Source: Pedobacter sp. (GTDB taxonomy: Bacteria; Desulfobacterota; Desulfuromonadia; Desulfuromonadales; Syntrophotaleaceae). From it: a stretch of 64,000 nucleotides of DNA. A program made the translations under genes and the position numbers. The stretch is taken from NCBI GenBank assembly GCA_050253415.1, contig JBFWJC010000002.1, positions 64,001 through 128,000 on the forward strand, given 5' to 3'. Of this stretch, positions 20,829 to 31,208 are shown piece by piece. Below the pieces are notes generated by a model. The model saw only the letters and a program-made list of their open reading frames with translations, made no database searches and had not been told where the DNA came from. Within the stretch, counting starts at the first letter, position 1. Each line of letters begins with the position of its first letter.

Positions 20829-20863
20829 AAAAGCCGGCCCTTACAGGGGGCCGGCTTTTTTTA
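20829..20863. terminator. Bidirectional intrinsic terminator
   Basis: aaaagccggccc-N-gggccggctttttt between convergent genes. Confidence 0.8.
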
Positions 20864-20875
20864 TGGGTGAAAAGT

Positions 20876-21133
20876 TTATTCTGAAGTGCCACCGGTGGTC
20901 CGTGAGTAAATCAGCCAGTAGAAGACCGGAATCACCAGCAGGGTAAAGAGGGTCGAAGCGAACACGCCGAAAATGATGGACCAGGCGAGTCCGGAAAAGA
21001 TCGGATCGAGGGTGATGATCCAGTTGCCGAGCATGGTCTCCACGGCATCGCTCAGAACCTGTGTGAGATCAACGGCTTCTGCATGCAAGCTAAAGGGCAG
21101 GAGAACCAGAAACAGTACCATCCAGGGTGTCAT
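20876..21133 (-). pseudogene. Chimeric remnant: signal-peptide N-terminus fused to C-terminal helices of an RND permease
   Basis: TMLGNWIITLDPIFSGLAWSIIFGVFASTLFTLLVIPVFY resembles the last two TMs of AcrB-family proteins. Confidence 0.6.
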
Positions 21134-21533
21134 GACAGCAGCCCTTCTGGGCGATGCGGCAGGTGATCGTTTGCGGAAGAGTTATCGGTATAAGTAAGGG
21201 TTTAATAGTGTTTTATAATACCTGTCCGGAAACGGATTGCCACGCAGGTTTGTGTGTTTATGTTTCAAGGGTAGAAGATTTATTCCCTGGGTTCGTAACG
21301 CGGGTCATTCTTTTATGTACGGACAATGCTCGAATATATGAATCTGTTTGTGGAAGGAGGGTTCAGGTTGGAAACGGTATTTGGTAATGGATGATTTTGC
21401 CTTGATTTCCCTGAGTGTGGCAGATAGACTCCCGAAATCTTCATAAAACGCAGAGAGTGGTCTCTGATCGCGGATCATACAGTTTAAAAATGTCGATGCA
21501 GGATTTCTGAAACAGGTTTCTTGGGAGGAGCGT

Positions 21534-22625
21534 ATGAAAAAAATCGTGATGATGGCTCTGTTGGTGCTGTTTGTCGGCCTCGGTGGGCTCGCCGGATGCG
21601 GCAAGGATCAGGAACAACAGTCGCCTGCAGCGGAGCCTGAAACCGCTGCCCCGGCCAAAAAGGATCCCCTGGCCGGATGGCAACCGCAGTTCGATCCCTC
21701 CGCGGCGGAATATACCTACCTTCTGTCCAATCTGTCTCATCCGTCTATCGAAGGAGTTGCGGTCGGTTACCATATCCGTGACAAGGTCTGGGAGCGCAGC
21801 GGCGGTCGGCTGTACGTCGATTACCGGCCTCTGTCGCAGCTCGGTCAGGAAAAAGGTGTACTGAGCAAGCTCAAGCTCGGAGCGGTGCAGGGCGTGCTCT
21901 GCTCGTCGGTGGCGGCGGCCAATATCGCCGATACCCTGGGCATCGTCAATCTTCCCTTTGTCATCGATAGCGCAGAAAAACTGGAAAAATTCCGCAACGA
22001 TCCGGAACTGTTCGACGAATTCCGTAACAGCGCTCTGCAACAGAAACTGATGGTGGTCGATATCAGCAGCTACGGTTCGTACGGCTGGGCCACCAAAACC
22101 CCGGTACGGACTCTTGAGGATGCCCGTCAGGTCAATTTCCGTATTGCCGAAGCGCCGGTTAACGCTGATACCTATCGCGCCTGGGGGATGAAATTCACGG
22201 TTATGCCCTGGGGAGACGTGCCCCAGGCTCTGCAGACCGGGGTAATCGATGGACTCGATCATACGCCGACAGTTTGCAATATCAGTCACAAGTTCGAAGT
22301 GGCACGCTACTTTACCCGGGTCAATTACGCTCAGGGACTGTTCATTCATCTCATGAACAAAGCCTGGTTCGAGCGGCTTCCCGAAGACCTGCAACAGATC
22401 CTGCTGGAGGTCATCACCGAGGAGAGCGCCGCCGCCCGCCAGCGTGACCAGGTGCAGCAGCAGGAGCAGATTGCCGCCGCCGAAGCCGACGGTGTGCAGT
22501 TTTTGGAGCTGACCCCGGAGGCTCGTGCGGAACTTATCAAACGCAGCGCGTCTGTGTATGAAACCTGGGGCGCAAAAGTGGGGCCGGAGTACCTGGCCAA
22601 AGTTCGCCAACGCCTGGCCCAATAA
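21534..22625 (+). CDS. dctP: TRAP transporter substrate-binding lipoprotein
   Basis: LAGC lipobox; SQLGQE, FRIAE, MPWGDVPQALQTGVIDG. Confidence 0.9.
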   Translation: MKKIVMMALLVLFVGLGGLAGCGKDQEQQSPAAEPETAAPAKKDPLAGWQPQFDPSAAEYTYLLSNLSHPSIEGVAVGYHIRDKVWERSGGRLYVDYRPLSQLGQEKGVLSKLKLGAVQGVLCSSVAAANIADTLGIVNLPFVIDSAEKLEKFRNDPELFDEFRNSALQQKLMVVDISSYGSYGWATKTPVRTLEDARQVNFRIAEAPVNADTYRAWGMKFTVMPWGDVPQALQTGVIDGLDHTPTVCNISHKFEVARYFTRVNYAQGLFIHLMNKAWFERLPEDLQQILLEVITEESAAARQRDQVQQQEQIAAAEADGVQFLELTPEARAELIKRSASVYETWGAKVGPEYLAKVRQRLAQ

Positions 22626-22637
22626 TCGCTGGATGTC

Positions 22638-23153
22638 ATGACCCGACGCATACTTGAAAAATTTGATCGTTTGCTGGGCGGGATCGAGGATTGGTCGCTG
22701 TTTTTAAGTGTCATCCTTGCCCTGCTGGTGGCTTTGGCCAACGTTGCCTTGCGCAAGCTGTCGCCCATCAGTCTTTACTGGTCGGACGAGGTGGTGCGCA
22801 AGACGATTTTCTTTTCGGCTTTTATCGGCTGCAGCGCCGCTGTGCGGCGTCGCGCCTTGATCCGCATCGACGCTTTGCCCCAGATGCTGCCGGTGCTGAA
22901 AAAGCCACTGACATTATTGAGTCATCTGGCCGTTTTGACTTTCGCCACAGTGATTATAATCCTTGGCTGGAAGTTTACCGTTGCCGCTTTTAACGATCCC
23001 TTCGCCCGGACTTCGACGCTGCAGATCCCCGAATGGTGGTTTTACGCGGTTTTCCCGACGATGGGGGTGTTGCTGGTGGTGCATACTCTGCTGGTGATGA
23101 TCGAAGACTGGTGCGGCAAGCGCGACGGTTCCGATCCCGATACGGTCGACTGA
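22638..23153 (+). CDS. dctQ: TRAP transporter small permease
   Basis: 4 TM, WSDEV, IRID; between dctP and dctM. Confidence 0.88.
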   Translation: MTRRILEKFDRLLGGIEDWSLFLSVILALLVALANVALRKLSPISLYWSDEVVRKTIFFSAFIGCSAAVRRRALIRIDALPQMLPVLKKPLTLLSHLAVLTFATVIIILGWKFTVAAFNDPFARTSTLQIPEWWFYAVFPTMGVLLVVHTLLVMIEDWCGKRDGSDPDTVD

Positions 23154-23169
23154 CCAGGAACAGGTATTT

Positions 23170-24453
23170 ATGGAGTCTCAGGTTCTTATCGTCCTGGCAT
23201 TGCTGATCGGCAGCCTGGCGGCTACCGTGCCGGTGTTTATCTCGCTGTTTTTTGCCGGGATGGCCGGGCTTATGCTGGCCGGTATCGATGCGCAGATCGT
23301 GGTCGAAGTGTTGTATGGCAGCATGGACAAATTCGCGCTGATCGTGGTGCTGTTTTTTGTGCTGTGCGGCAATATCATGACCAGCGGCAGCATCGTTCAC
23401 AAGCTTATAAAGACGGCCGATGCTCTGGTCGGTTTTCTACCCGGCGGACTGGCTGTGGCCGGTGTGCTGGCGTGCGGCTTTTTCGGCGCCATCTCCGGTT
23501 CGACAGTCGCGACGGTGGTAGCTATCGGCGGGTTCATGATTCCGGCCCTGATCAAGCACGGCTACGATCCTGAATTCAGCGTCGGCCTCATGACCACCGC
23601 GCCGGTACTGGGTGTGGTTATTCCCCCGTCCATTTCGATGATTCTGTATGCAATGATTTCCAACGATTCGCTGGAGTCGCTGTTTCTTACCGGTTTCGTG
23701 CCCGGGGTGTTGATCATCGTTGCCATGTCCATCTATGCCGGGCTGTTTTGCCGCAACCGAGGCCAACAGACCCGCAAGCGTCCGACGGTGAAAGAACTGC
23801 TGGCGGTGCTGCGCGAAAGTATCTGGGCGCTGCTGTTGCCGCTATTGATCTTTGGCGGCATCTATTCGGGCATTTTCACCGCCAACGAGGCGGCGGTGGT
23901 CGCTTGTTTTTACGCATTCATCGTGGAAATATTCATCCACAAGGATATGCGTCTGCGTGATGTGAAAAATGTCGTGGTATCGTCGGCGATTACCTCCGCT
24001 ACCCTGCTGGTGATCGTATCCGGGGCGTCGGTGTTCGGCGAATACCTGACCTTTGAGCGGATTCCCGACCAGATCGCCCAGGCGGTCATGGGCAGTGTGC
24101 AAAGTCCCTGGGTGTTTCTGCTGGCGGTCAATGTATTGCTGCTGGTAGTCGGGATGTTCATGGATATTATCTCCGCCACCCTGATACTGACGCCGATTTT
24201 CCTGCCGCTGCTCAGCCGCTTTGGTATCGACAGCCTGCATTTCGGTTTGATTATGACGCTGAACCTCGGCATCGGATACTGCACCCCGCCGCTGGGGGTG
24301 TCTCTGTATATCTCCGGAGCGGTGGCGGATCGCAATCTGGTTTACGTTTCGCGGGCGGTGCTGCCGTTTCTGGTGATCCAGGTAGCGCTGTTGCTGTTGC
24401 TGACGTATGTGCCGGATCTGGTGTTGTGGTTGCCGCGCTTGGTGTACGGATAA
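23170..24453 (+). CDS. dctM: TRAP transporter large permease
   Basis: FGAISGS, IPPSI, GIFTANEA, TPPLG. Confidence 0.93.
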   Translation: MESQVLIVLALLIGSLAATVPVFISLFFAGMAGLMLAGIDAQIVVEVLYGSMDKFALIVVLFFVLCGNIMTSGSIVHKLIKTADALVGFLPGGLAVAGVLACGFFGAISGSTVATVVAIGGFMIPALIKHGYDPEFSVGLMTTAPVLGVVIPPSISMILYAMISNDSLESLFLTGFVPGVLIIVAMSIYAGLFCRNRGQQTRKRPTVKELLAVLRESIWALLLPLLIFGGIYSGIFTANEAAVVACFYAFIVEIFIHKDMRLRDVKNVVVSSAITSATLLVIVSGASVFGEYLTFERIPDQIAQAVMGSVQSPWVFLLAVNVLLLVVGMFMDIISATLILTPIFLPLLSRFGIDSLHFGLIMTLNLGIGYCTPPLGVSLYISGAVADRNLVYVSRAVLPFLVIQVALLLLLTYVPDLVLWLPRLVYG

Positions 24454-24475
24454 GAGCCGTACAGGGAGGAACGTC

Positions 24476-24898
24476 ATGAAGATTCTTCTGCCCATCGATC
24501 GTTCGGAAGTCAGTGCCCGCCTAGTCACAGGGATCGTTGAGCGCACCCACTGGTTGCCTCCGGGAACCTTGACCCTGCTTCACGTGGTCGATATGGATCG
24601 GCTCGCTTACCGCATGATCCCCGATTTCCAGCTGGAGATGGTTTCGGCCAAGGCCACTGAGGCCGGTGCCGCATTGCTGGAGGAGCAGGCCACCGTGTTG
24701 AGGGATGCCGGGCTGAAGGTGGAAACCCGATTGGAAACCGGCGCACCCCGCGAAGTGATCCCACGCGTGGCCAACGATGAGCGGTTCGCTCTGCTGATTC
24801 TGGGGCGTCGTGGCATCGGCGAGGTTCGCGACGTGCTGTTCGGCACAGTAACCAACCATGCCCTGCATCGGGTGCGCTGTCCGGTGCTGTTGTTCTGA
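24476..24898 (+). CDS. Universal stress protein
   Basis: KILLPIDRS, LILGRRG..LFGTVT..CPVL. Confidence 0.9.
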   Translation: MKILLPIDRSEVSARLVTGIVERTHWLPPGTLTLLHVVDMDRLAYRMIPDFQLEMVSAKATEAGAALLEEQATVLRDAGLKVETRLETGAPREVIPRVANDERFALLILGRRGIGEVRDVLFGTVTNHALHRVRCPVLLF

Positions 24899-25164
24899 AC
24901 CTTGCCTCCTGCAGAGCTTTTTGAGCAGCCGTCTTTCCATGTGGAAGCGGCTGTTCTGTTTTTTGGGCGGCAAAATTCCAAAGACATTCATCGCAGAGCG
25001 CGCAGAGGGCGCTGAGAAAATCAAGAAAAGAGAACCGGGGATTTGCAAATTTTCAATTCTGGTGATGCACTTGGCTCCAGTGATTTGTTTTGCCCTTCGA
25101 TCTTTTTGCACATTTGTGGTCCTTTGGGACTCTGAGGCAAAAAACACAGAATCTAAAAGCTTGA

Positions 25165-25440
25165 ACCACGAAGATCACGAAGGACACGAAGAAGTTCCGA
25201 TAACGACAAAGCCATTACGAACAGGGATATTCAGGAGAGACAGGATGAAAACCAGAGGCCTTGGGTTTAAGGCTTTATCCTGATCATCCTGCATATCCCT
25301 GTAAAAGCAAGATTGACAAGGAGAACGATCATTAGCATATAAGATCACGGAGGACACGAAGGGAAAAACTAAGGCAAGAGCCAACCATAAGGGTCTGTTT
25401 TGTAAGTATTACTTCGTGCTCTTCGTGCCCTTCGTGGTGA
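25165..25440. repeat. Nested inverted repeats of 9-bp-period units (CACGAAG and CAGGAT families)
   Basis: accacgaagatcacgaaggacacgaag / acagggatattcaggagagacaggat..atcctgatcatcctgcatatccctgt / cttcgtgctcttcgtgcccttcgtggt. Confidence 0.75.
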
Positions 25441-25733
25441 AAATTCTATTTGGTTGTCCGCTTCACGCTGGCGGTGCAGCGATTTTTGAAGATTTGGGGC
25501 AACTTGAGAATAGTGCATAAACAGATTTTCAAAAATCACCAACAAACGATCCCTTGGCAGATCGGTATTTATCTGGGATCTCAGTTCTTTCCGCGGTTAA
25601 ATGCATGGCCTTTCGCAGCTTCAGGATCAGGAATAACTATTCCCAAATAGTTTGTTTTCCCTTATGTTGGTCAGGCTACGACGTGAATCCGGCAATCCGG
25701 AACAATGGGTTGCCCTATGCTATGGAGGGTATC

Positions 25734-26327
25734 ATGGAACGATTGGCGAACGCCGATGGCCTGGTGGTTAGTCAGAAAAAAGAGTGGGGCGAGATTCTTA
25801 CGGGATTCGAAACCCGCAATCGGTATAGAATATTGGATACGCAGGGGCAGGAACTGTTCCTGGCGGCCGAAGAGGGCGGCAACCTGCTGCTGCGCTGGTT
25901 TCTGAAGGCACTGCGCCCGTTCACGGTACAGGTCCGGGGCATGGACGATGTAAGTCTGTTGCGGGTAAAAAGACCCTTCCGGTTCTTTTTTCACGAAGCG
26001 GTTGTCAGCGATGCCGCAGGTCGGATGTTAGGCACCATACGTCGCCGCTTTGCGTTGCTGAGGCGCATCTATACGGTGACCGATAGTCACGGGCAGGAGA
26101 TTTGTGAGCTGTTCGGCCCGATTTTGCGCCCCTGGACCTTTGAAATGCGCCAGGGGGGCATTGCGCAGGGCAAGATATGTAAAAAGTGGAGCGGCCTGCT
26201 CAAGGAAGGCTTCACCGATGCGGATAATTTCGGCGTGACTTTTCAGTCCGGCTGGAGCGACGAGCATAAGGCGTTGCTGCTTGGCGCGGTATTCCTCATC
26301 GATTTCGTTCATTTTGAAAAACGCTGA
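25734..26327 (+). CDS. Scramblase/LURP-one-related protein
   Basis: GFETRNRY.I, I.KKWSG..KE.FTDADNF.V.F, KALLLGAVFLIDF. Confidence 0.85.
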   Translation: MERLANADGLVVSQKKEWGEILTGFETRNRYRILDTQGQELFLAAEEGGNLLLRWFLKALRPFTVQVRGMDDVSLLRVKRPFRFFFHEAVVSDAAGRMLGTIRRRFALLRRIYTVTDSHGQEICELFGPILRPWTFEMRQGGIAQGKICKKWSGLLKEGFTDADNFGVTFQSGWSDEHKALLLGAVFLIDFVHFEKR

Positions 26328-26343
26328 AACGGGCGGAGATAGC

Positions 26344-27339
26344 GTGCAGAGTAATCAGCCTTTGAAACGATGGCAGTGTTTGATCCTGGCTGCTTGTCTG
26401 GGGCTGTGCGGTTGTGCCTCGGCGCAGGTGGCTGCACCGTCCGCCGCCGCGCCCGTGACGCGGCAATCTGCTGCCTATGCTACGGCCCTGGGCATCGGGC
26501 ATCTCGAAGCGGGCGGGTTAACCGAAACCTCGGGCCTGGCCGCCTCCCGGCAGACCGACGGTGTGCTGTGGGCGGTAAATGACAGCGGCAATGCACCTGA
26601 ATTGTTCGCCCTTGGCAGTCGTGGCAAGGACCGTGGTACGGTACGCGTTGCCGGGGTGAAAAATATCGATTGGGAGGACTTGGCGTCCTTTACCTGGCAG
26701 GGCAAGGCCTATCTGTTGGTAGCGGATGTTGGCGACAACCGGTCGGTGCGTCCCGAAGTGCTGCTGCATGTGGTGCCGGAACCGCTTCCCGGTAAGGATG
26801 GACGCTTTTCCGGCACGGTGAAGCCGGCCTGGAGCATTCGCCTGCGCTTTGAAGACGGCCCGCGCGACTGCGAAGGGGTGGCGGTGGATGAACAGGACGG
26901 GCAGATATGGCTGATGAGTAAACGTACCGATTTGCCGATCCTGTACCAGGTGCCCTTGCGTCCCGCCCGACCGGAACAGTTGCAGACCGCCCGCCGCGTC
27001 TTTGAAGTAAGCAATCTTCCTGCTCCTACCAGCGGCGATCTGTCGCAGGTCTACGGGCGTTTTCGCTCCTGGCCCACGGCCTTCGATATGCAGGCCGCTG
27101 GCCGGGCAGCAGTGATCCTTACCTATAAGGACGCCTATCTTTATGTGCGCCGGGGCAGCGAGCCCTGGACGGCAACCCTGGCACGTTCGCCGCAGATTCT
27201 GCGGTTGCCGGCCGCCGAAATGTTGCCGCAGCGCGAAGCGATTTGTTTTACACAGGATGACGCCTTGCTGGTGACTTCCGAAGGGCCGGGGGCGGCTCTT
27301 TTCAGACTGTCTGCCGGTACGGGGAATCCCCCGTTCTAA
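26344..27339 (+). CDS. Putative beta-propeller lipoprotein of unknown function
   Basis: LCGC lipobox; ETSGLAAS, NDSG, DWEDLA, D.GDN, DCEGV repeats. Confidence 0.7.
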   Translation: MQSNQPLKRWQCLILAACLGLCGCASAQVAAPSAAAPVTRQSAAYATALGIGHLEAGGLTETSGLAASRQTDGVLWAVNDSGNAPELFALGSRGKDRGTVRVAGVKNIDWEDLASFTWQGKAYLLVADVGDNRSVRPEVLLHVVPEPLPGKDGRFSGTVKPAWSIRLRFEDGPRDCEGVAVDEQDGQIWLMSKRTDLPILYQVPLRPARPEQLQTARRVFEVSNLPAPTSGDLSQVYGRFRSWPTAFDMQAAGRAAVILTYKDAYLYVRRGSEPWTATLARSPQILRLPAAEMLPQREAICFTQDDALLVTSEGPGAALFRLSAGTGNPPF

Positions 27340-27370
27340 AGCCGGAAAAGGTGCCACATCGATGCATGAC

Positions 27371-27865
27371 ATGAAATATCTCACCGGTTATCCGGAAAAA
27401 GTAGCCGGTCAGGTTGCACAGTTGATCGCACAGGACAAACTCGGCGCGTTTTTGAAAGGCAAATACCCGGTTGCCCACGAAATCACCACCGACAAGGCCC
27501 TGTACGACTTTACCGTTGAGCTCAAAAACCGGTTTCTACGTAAATCACCGCCGTTGAGCAAAGTCGTCTATGACGGCAAGATCAACGTGATTCATCAGGC
27601 CTTGGGGGTGCATGCCTTTGTGTCGCGGGTGCAGGGGGCGAAGCTCAAGGCGAAGCACGAGATCCGCATCGGTATGGTTTTCAAGCAGGCGCCGTTGGAG
27701 TTTTTGCAGATGATCGTGGTTCACGAATTGGCCCATATGAAAGAAAAGGACCACAACAAGGCTTTTTACAATCTCTGTGAATACATGGAGCCGAACTATC
27801 ACCAGCTGGAATTCGATGTGCGCTTGTACCTGACGCAGTTGGAGGTCTTCGGCAGTCTCTATTGA
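27371..27865 (+). CDS. YgjP/DUF45-like M48 metal-dependent hydrolase
   Basis: VVHELAH..EKDHNKAFY motif. Confidence 0.85.
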   Translation: MKYLTGYPEKVAGQVAQLIAQDKLGAFLKGKYPVAHEITTDKALYDFTVELKNRFLRKSPPLSKVVYDGKINVIHQALGVHAFVSRVQGAKLKAKHEIRIGMVFKQAPLEFLQMIVVHELAHMKEKDHNKAFYNLCEYMEPNYHQLEFDVRLYLTQLEVFGSLY

Positions 27866-27908
27866 TCAGAGGGACATGCCGGGGAAAACCTTGGCATGGG
27901 GAAAAAAC

Positions 27909-27943
27909 TGAGGCAGCCATCCGTAGGGATGGCTGCCTCTTTT
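27909..27943. terminator. Bidirectional terminator
   Basis: gaggcagccatcc-gta-gggatggctgcctc flanked by A and T runs. Confidence 0.75.
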
Positions 27944-27967
27944 CGTTATGCGCAGCTCAGTATCGGT

Positions 27968-28813
27968 TCAGGCTTCCGTGGCGCGTCGCACCTGCCACCA
28001 GCGCCACACGCAGACGCCAATGGACGATGCAAGGTAGGCCAGGCCGGTGAGCAGTACGGTAGTGGCGCCGGACGGCAGATCGTACTGGTAAGAAACCGCC
28101 AGTCCGCCGGTGGTGAAAAAGGCTCCCAGCACGGTGGCCAGCAACATCATGCGGCTCAGGGAGTGCACAAACTGACCGGCGATGGCCGCCGGCAGCGCCA
28201 GCAGGGCGATGACCAGAATCAGACCGACCACCTGGATGAGGATTACCACGGTCAGGGCGACCAGGCAAAGCAGCAGCAAAGAGAAGAAATCGACCGAAAC
28301 CTGACGTAGACGCGCGAATTCCTCATCGAAGGATACCACCAGCAGTTGCTTGAAAAACAGCAACACCAGCAGCACGATGCCGACATCCAGCCAGAAGATC
28401 AGGGTCAGGTGGCCTTGCGGGATCATCAGGATATTGCCGAACAGGTAGCTCATCAGGTCGACGTTGTAGCCGGGGGTGCGGGCGATGAGCAGCACCCCTA
28501 CGGCCATGCCGACCGCCCACAGGGCACTGATGGTGGTGTCTTCCTGTTTTTTCCAGCGGATGCTGACCCAGCCGATGATCAGCGCGGCAACCAGGGCCGC
28601 AACGATGGCTCCGCCAAAAGGACTGCGACCCAGGAAGTAGGCCAGCCCCATGCCCCCAAGGACGGCATGGGCGATGCCTCCGGCGATATAGCCGATGCGT
28701 CGCACCACCACGTAGGATCCGGCTACGCCGCAGGCGACGCTGGCCAGCAGGCCGCCGAGCAGGGCGTTTTGCATGAAAGGCTGAGAGACGAGGGCTTCCA
28801 GAAAAGTATTCAT
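27968..28813 (-). CDS. znuB: Zn/Mn ABC transporter permease
   Basis: GIAHAVLGG, YLFGNIL, VVGLILVIALL. Confidence 0.88.
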   Translation of the reverse strand: MNTFLEALVSQPFMQNALLGGLLASVACGVAGSYVVVRRIGYIAGGIAHAVLGGMGLAYFLGRSPFGGAIVAALVAALIIGWVSIRWKKQEDTTISALWAVGMAVGVLLIARTPGYNVDLMSYLFGNILMIPQGHLTLIFWLDVGIVLLVLLFFKQLLVVSFDEEFARLRQVSVDFFSLLLLCLVALTVVILIQVVGLILVIALLALPAAIAGQFVHSLSRMMLLATVLGAFFTTGGLAVSYQYDLPSGATTVLLTGLAYLASSIGVCVWRWWQVRRATEA

Positions 28814-28821
28814 AGATATTC

Positions 28822-29565
28822 TCAGTGGGTGTGAAGGATCGTATCATGGTGCACGGCCCGCAACGGAGCGCCGTACAACTGTTCGATCATCTCGCCGGTG
28901 ATTTCCGAGGTGGCATGGCATACCAGGGTACGGTTAAGACAGGCGACCCGGGTGATGTAACGGGAGATGAAACCGATGTCGTGGGAGACGACCAGGATCG
29001 TAAGTCTCTGGCTGAGCCGCTTGAGGAGTTCGAAGACCCCTTCTTCGATTTTGGGATCGATGTGAGCGGTCGGTTCATCGAGGATCAGCACATCCGGTTG
29101 GCAGGCCAGGGCGCGGGCGATAAGGACGCGTTGCAACTGTCCGCCGGACAGGGCGGTCAGGGGGCGCTGAGCCAGGTCGGCGAGTTCCACCTCTTCCAGT
29201 GCCTGCATGGCCAGTTGGTGATCCTCGCGACGATAACCGCCGATCAGGCGTGTTTTTCCCAGTCGCCCCTGCAGTACGGTTTCCCGCACGCTGATGGGAA
29301 AGTTGCGGTCGAAGGTGGCGAATTGAGGCACATAGCCGATGCGCAGGCGCGCTTCGGACGGTGATGTACCGAATACCCGGACCTGTCCCTTTTGCGGCAC
29401 CAGTAATCCAAGGATGATTTTAAGCAAGGTGCTTTTGCCGCTGCCGTTAGGGCCGACGATGCCCAGGAATTCCTGTTCGTGGACCGTCAAGCTGACGTCC
29501 TGCAGCACCATGTGTTCTTCGTAGCGGAACGAGACGTCTTCCAGAGATATGATCGGTTCACTCAT
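28822..29565 (-). CDS. znuC: Zn/Mn ABC transporter ATPase
   Basis: GPNGSGKS, LSGGQ, LDEPT, VSHD. Confidence 0.9.
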   Translation of the reverse strand: MSEPIISLEDVSFRYEEHMVLQDVSLTVHEQEFLGIVGPNGSGKSTLLKIILGLLVPQKGQVRVFGTSPSEARLRIGYVPQFATFDRNFPISVRETVLQGRLGKTRLIGGYRREDHQLAMQALEEVELADLAQRPLTALSGGQLQRVLIARALACQPDVLILDEPTAHIDPKIEEGVFELLKRLSQRLTILVVSHDIGFISRYITRVACLNRTLVCHATSEITGEMIEQLYGAPLRAVHHDTILHTH

Positions 29566-29566
29566 G

Positions 29567-30475
29567 TCAGTTTTCCAGTGAGGTGAAAAAGGCGTTGGCG
29601 GCCTTGCGCAGATTGTCGATATAGTTCTCCGCCAGTGGGTCGATAGGCACGACCTTTCCGCCGATAGCGCGAGCTACGGTATTGGCAGTGGTACGGCTGA
29701 ACTGCGGCTGAACAAAAATAACATGGATGTTTTCCTGCCTGGCAAGGGCGATGATCCTGGCCAGACTACGGGGACCCGGCTCTTTGCCGGAAGCCTCGAT
29801 GGCGAGTTGCTGCAGGCCGTATGTATCGGCAAAATAACCCCACGAGGGGTGAAACACCAAAAATTTCCGATGCTGGATCCTGCCAAGGCGGCTGCGCAGT
29901 TGAATGTCGAGGGCTGTCAGATCTGCCGCCAGAGAATCGAAGCCGGCCTGGTAATCTTTGGCGTGCGCCGGGTCGACCTTGGTCAGGGTTGCACGGATGT
30001 GATCAGCCATGGAGCGGGCCAATACAGGGCTGGTCCAGATGTGAGGGTCGAGAGTTGCATCCGAAGGCTCTTCAGCATGGTCTGTCCCGCTATGTTCCCC
30101 CTCGTCGTGGTGATCTTCGATTTGCCGCAGGCGTATGCCGTCGCGCAGGTCGACGATGCGCAGCTTCGGATTGAGTGCCGTGATGCGTTTCATCCAGATC
30201 TGTTCAAAGGTCACACCCACCCGGAAGTATATTTGCGCCCGGCTCAGTTCCGTCATCTGGCGCGGAGTCGGCTCATAGGTGTGGGGGCTCTGGCCCGGTC
30301 CGACCATGGCCTGGGTGTTTACATGGGAACCGCCGACGCGTTCGACCAGATATTTCATGGGCAGAACGCTGACGAATACCCGAATTGGCGCATTGCCCGG
30401 TTGTTTGGCCAGGCCCGGGGTGGCCAGTGAAAGTGCAATCAGCAGGGGTGCCAGTATGCGTGTCCATCGGGTCAT
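29567..30475 (-). CDS. znuA: Zn ABC transporter substrate-binding protein
   Basis: SPHTYEP, His-rich loop, DPHIW, FHPSWGY. Confidence 0.88.
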   Translation of the reverse strand: MTRWTRILAPLLIALSLATPGLAKQPGNAPIRVFVSVLPMKYLVERVGGSHVNTQAMVGPGQSPHTYEPTPRQMTELSRAQIYFRVGVTFEQIWMKRITALNPKLRIVDLRDGIRLRQIEDHHDEGEHSGTDHAEEPSDATLDPHIWTSPVLARSMADHIRATLTKVDPAHAKDYQAGFDSLAADLTALDIQLRSRLGRIQHRKFLVFHPSWGYFADTYGLQQLAIEASGKEPGPRSLARIIALARQENIHVIFVQPQFSRTTANTVARAIGGKVVPIDPLAENYIDNLRKAANAFFTSLEN

Positions 30476-30581
30476 AAGGTCAAGCTCCGGTTGGTGACAG
30501 GTCCCTGGCATGAACAGCCGTGCCTGGGAAACTTTACGAATTATAACATGTTGCCGGCGACGTAAGGCTCATGGCGGGTCT

Positions 30582-31208
30582 TTACGCGGCCTTTTGCAGA
30601 AGCTCATGCAGAAAACCGGTCAGCCCGTGCATGGTTAGCGAAACGGCCTTGGCCGCCAGGAAAATATAAAGAATCCGCGGGATGATCATGGCGGCATAGC
30701 CACCGATAATTCGCATCAAAGAATGGGATCCGCAGGCAATCAGGTAGACGATCAGACAGCTGGCGACGGATACGGTCAGCATGTGCAGCGGGGTGCGGTT
30801 TTGGGCCAGAATGATGGTGACCGCCAGGGTTCCCGGTCCGACGATGATGGGAAAAGCCAGGGGGAAGATGGCGCGGGTACGGAAATCCTCGGAGAGCAGA
30901 TTGTAACTGAGAGAACCGCTCATGACGCCACGCACGGCGACGATAAACAGTAAGATTCCACCGGCGATGCGGAATTCATCCAGGGTGACCTCGAACAGGT
31001 GGGTCAGGCTCCAGTCACCGAGCAGGGCAAAGCCGATGATCATGGCCCCGGCGGTCAGGACGCCCAATCGGATGACGACCAGGCGCTTGGGTTTATCCAT
31101 GCCTGAGGTCAGATCACGGTAAACGGGAATATTGCCAAGCGGATTGATAACCGCGAGCAGCAGCAAAGTGTCATGAAGAAGCGTGGTAAAAGTTCCGAGG
31201 TTGTGCAT
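30582..31208 (-). CDS. MarC family membrane protein
   Basis: INPLGN, FRIAGG, PLAFPIIVGPGT. Confidence 0.88.
   Translation of the reverse strand: MHNLGTFTTLLHDTLLLLAVINPLGNIPVYRDLTSGMDKPKRLVVIRLGVLTAGAMIIGFALLGDWSLTHLFEVTLDEFRIAGGILLFIVAVRGVMSGSLSYNLLSEDFRTRAIFPLAFPIIVGPGTLAVTIILAQNRTPLHMLTVSVASCLIVYLIACGSHSLMRIIGGYAAMIIPRILYIFLAAKAVSLTMHGLTGFLHELLQKAA

Noticed and set aside
30527..30552. Zur box upstream of znuA
   Set aside because: Only one convincing half-site (TATAACAT) and spacing does not fit the palindrome I know; plausible but unsupported.
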